From the IMG/VR virus record IMGVR_UViG_3300017766_001320, positions 1 to 35,555 of that record: a stretch of DNA of 35,555 nucleotides. One strand, written 5' to 3'. The stretch's first letter is position 1. Every line of letters begins with the position of its first letter. The notes under the pieces were generated by a model, which had not been told where the DNA came from, did not search any database, and saw only the letters and a list, made by a program, of their open reading frames with translations. The position numbers were made by a program, and so were the translations under genes. Source of the DNA: a virus (lineage: Duplodnaviria > Caudoviricetes). Shown piece after piece: positions 32,937-35,555 of the stretch.

Positions 32937-33446
32937 ATGTCTACGGAATTTGATAGTCGCGTTGAAATAGAACTACTTAAAAAAGATGTAACTATTATGG
33001 CAACTCTTTGCGAGAAGTTTGATACCACAATAGATAAGATGCAAGAAATTGCATCTAATCTTTCAAAAATGGTATCATTGCAGGAGCAAAGATTACTTAC
33101 GCAAGAAGACACAACTAAGGACATTCAAAGCAGACTGGAAATGCGCAGATTAGAACATAACGCAGAAATTAAGGAACTCCATTCTAGAATAACAACTGTC
33201 AATCGTGAACTAACAGAAAAAATTGAAGATACAGAAAAGACTATCTTGGAAGAATTGCGTTCTATTCGCGATGAAATGAAAAAAGGAAGAAAAAACTCAG
33301 ATAATGATAATTATTCGGAAAATAGTCTGAGTAGCCGCATAAGTAAAATTGAAAATTGGCAATATATGGTAATAGGCGCAATCATTGTTATTACCTGGAT
33401 TTTAGCCAAGATAGATTTCCCTAAGTTTATCAAACTCATTTTTTAA
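32937..33446 (+). CDS. coiled-coil protein with C-terminal TM (T4 61.1-like position)
   Basis: ELHSRITT motif; directly upstream of primase. Confidence 0.75.
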   Translation: MSTEFDSRVEIELLKKDVTIMATLCEKFDTTIDKMQEIASNLSKMVSLQEQRLLTQEDTTKDIQSRLEMRRLEHNAEIKELHSRITTVNRELTEKIEDTEKTILEELRSIRDEMKKGRKNSDNDNYSENSLSSRISKIENWQYMVIGAIIVITWILAKIDFPKFIKLIF

Positions 33447-33495
33447 TTGTAATTCCATAAAACTTAGTGTATAATAAAATCCTTTACTAAAGGAT
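33447..33495 (+). promoter_or_regulatory. promoter and SD-covering hairpin before primase
   Basis: TTGTAA-N17-TATAAT; ATCCTTT-ACT-AAAGGAT. Confidence 0.5.
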
Positions 33496-33503
33496 AGTTC
33501 ATC

Positions 33504-34517
33504 ATGTCTTTGCATATTGACAGGAAATTTGTCAGTTTCCTAGCACCCAGATTACAAGGATTCCATCAGAAGTCTGACTATCTGTGGAATTTTCGTTGTC
33601 CTATCTGTGGTGATTCACAAACAAACAAAAGGAAGATGCGTGGGTATATCTACCGACGCAAGAGTGATCTATTTCTTTCCTGCCACAACTGCGGCGCGTC
33701 TATGTCCTTTGGAAATTTTCTTAAGCATATGGACAGAAGTCTATATACTGAATATCAGATGGAAAGATTTAAGAACGAAAGTCAAGGTAATATCAAAAAA
33801 CCAGACTTTTCTTTGGTGATGGAAAAGCCTGTCTTCAATACAAAGAAGCGCATTTGTCTTCCTACTATTGAATCACTAGATAATGATCATTCTGCAAAGA
33901 AGTATATGATAAAGCGCAAGATTCCTAAGCAGTATCTTACTAAGACATATTATGCAAATGATTTCAAGGAATTCATTGACGATTTGATGCCTGGTCATGA
34001 CAAAGAATTGAGATCAGAAGATCCTCGCATTGTTATTCCATTCTATGACGAAAAGAACAATCTTCTAGGTGTTCAAGGTCGTGCAGTAGGCGAGTCTAAA
34101 GTAAAATATATCACAATTAAAATTGCTGACGAAAATCAGAAAGTTTTTGGTCTAGACACATTAGATAAAAACAAAACAATCTATGTTGTAGAAGGACCAA
34201 TTGACTCAATGTTTATAAAGAATAGTATTGCAATGATGGACGCAACCTTGTATAATGCTGTTTCTTATGTCGGTAATTATGATTATGTCTTTGTATATGA
34301 TCGTGATCCAAGAAATGCTCAAATATGCAAACACATAAAAAAAACAATTGATATGGGTCATAAGGTTTGTTTGTTTCCAGATAATATACGGGGAAAAGAT
34401 ATAAACGAATTTGTTTTAAACGGAATTTTGCCTGAAAATATAATGAGCCTTGTAACTAAATATACTCATCAAGGATTGAGGGCGAAATTGGAGTTTGAGC
34501 AATGGAAAAAAATTTAA
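33504..34517 (+). CDS. 61: DNA primase (T4 gp61)
   Basis: RCPICGDS...CHNCG Zn finger; VEGPIDS, KDINE Toprim motifs. Confidence 0.96.
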   Translation: MSLHIDRKFVSFLAPRLQGFHQKSDYLWNFRCPICGDSQTNKRKMRGYIYRRKSDLFLSCHNCGASMSFGNFLKHMDRSLYTEYQMERFKNESQGNIKKPDFSLVMEKPVFNTKKRICLPTIESLDNDHSAKKYMIKRKIPKQYLTKTYYANDFKEFIDDLMPGHDKELRSEDPRIVIPFYDEKNNLLGVQGRAVGESKVKYITIKIADENQKVFGLDTLDKNKTIYVVEGPIDSMFIKNSIAMMDATLYNAVSYVGNYDYVFVYDRDPRNAQICKHIKKTIDMGHKVCLFPDNIRGKDINEFVLNGILPENIMSLVTKYTHQGLRAKLEFEQWKKI

Positions 34518-35083
34518 TAGTATATAGACTATTCTTTAGAAACAGTGACAAAAGTTATATAGGAATAACAAATAATCTAAAAAATAGAATTGATCAACAT
34601 ATAAGAAATGCTTTAAATTATAATAAACAATTCAGTATTTCTAAAGCGATAAGAAAATATGGAAATCCAGAATATGAAATATTAGAGGTCGTGAACAATG
34701 TAGAAATTCTCTTGGAAAGAGAACAATATTATATTGATAAGTATAACAGTTTCAAACATGGATATAATGAAACATTGGGTGGCGAGGGTAGTTTCGGTAG
34801 TTCAAGAAGAAAATCTACAGAATGGAAACAAGAACATTCAGAAAGAATGACAGGATCAAAAAATCCTAGATATGGTATCTCATTAGATGAGAAATATAAA
34901 CATGAACAATCAGAAAGAATGAAAGAGTATTATAAAAATAATCCAGACAAAAAACCTTTTGGTAACAAGTCTTGTTTTGGATTGATGTGGATAAATGATG
35001 GCTTTATTGAAAAAAAAATAAATAAAGATCAGGAAATTCCTTTAAACTTTAAAATAGGTAGAAAAAGAAAACATACGTCGTAA
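34502..35083 (+). CDS. GIY-YIG homing endonuclease (Seg-like)
   Basis: IVY...YIG, RIDQH, EQYYI, GYNETLGGEG; NUMOD-like tail. Confidence 0.9.
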   Translation: MEKNLIVYRLFFRNSDKSYIGITNNLKNRIDQHIRNALNYNKQFSISKAIRKYGNPEYEILEVVNNVEILLEREQYYIDKYNSFKHGYNETLGGEGSFGSSRRKSTEWKQEHSERMTGSKNPRYGISLDEKYKHEQSERMKEYYKNNPDKKPFGNKSCFGLMWINDGFIEKKINKDQEIPLNFKIGRKRKHTS

Positions 35084-35154
35084 TACGTTTTCAGATCAAA
35101 GAGCAATGTTAGAGTCCACGATGTGGACCAAGGTATATAATCAGGAGAAAGAAC

Positions 35155-35555
35155 ATGACAACTAGCAACTACTTACCAACACTATATCAACAATTCATCC
35201 ACAAATCAAGATATGCAAGATGGCTTTGGGATGAAAATCGTAGAGAAAATTGGAACGAAACTGTTGCTAGATATTTTGACTTTTTCACTGAACATCTAAA
35301 GGAAAATAATAACTTCATTCTTACAGATGATGTTCGTAAAGAATTGGAAGAATCTGTATTATCACTAAGGACCATGCCATCAATGCGCTGCTTGATGACT
35401 GCTGGTGAAGCACTAAAAAGGGAGAATGTATCTGGATATAATTGTTCTTATGTTGCTGTTGATAATCCTAGGTCGTTTGATGAAATTCTTTATATCTTGA
35501 TGAATGGTACAGGCGTTGGCTTTTCTGTTGAAAGTAAATACACAGAACAGTTGCC
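35155..35555 (+). CDS. nrdJ: class II (B12-dependent) ribonucleotide reductase, 5' part; runs off window
   Basis: SRYARW, MPSMR, YNCSY, LMNGTGVGFSVE; AGGAG SD. Confidence 0.85.
   Translation, partial: MTTSNYLPTLYQQFIHKSRYARWLWDENRRENWNETVARYFDFFTEHLKENNNFILTDDVRKELEESVLSLRTMPSMRCLMTAGEALKRENVSGYNCSYVAVDNPRSFDEILYILMNGTGVGFSVESKYTEQL

Noticed and set aside
34502-35154. Group I intron around the GIY-YIG gene
   Set aside because: Primase ends normally and nrdJ has its own SD and start; no intron core seen, so the gene is free-standing.

Overview
A 35.6-kb, almost entirely + strand segment of a large T4-like (myovirus) phage genome. The host is probably alphaproteobacterial: tRNA-His lacks G-1 and has A73. 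Gene order: replication module (gp43 polymerase, cupin, UvsX, gp40, gp41 helicase); early-type small ORFs; an ~11-kb tRNA array; Dps; late genes for prohead-targeted and virion proteins; lysis genes (GH19 endolysin, holin-like proteins); primase; GIY-YIG endonuclease; and the start of a class II RNR. The array holds 30 tRNA or tRNA-like genes covering all 20 amino acids, interspersed with homing-endonuclease remnants, accessory genes and unexplained structured RNAs. Three signals stand out. (1) A cassette bounded by 59-bp direct repeats holds a 250-aa helical protein gene followed by a ~400-nt structured RNA containing a circularly permuted tRNA with an internal CCA. (2) A leaderless 30-codon peptide using 18 of 20 amino acids overlaps an antiterminator/terminator switch upstream of most tRNAs, a candidate general translation-sensing attenuator. 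(3) Both Arg tRNAs lack a D-arm and carry a D-loop-like TAACTGGAA motif in the variable region. All calls were made by eye; no searches or folding programs were run, and family names are from memory.
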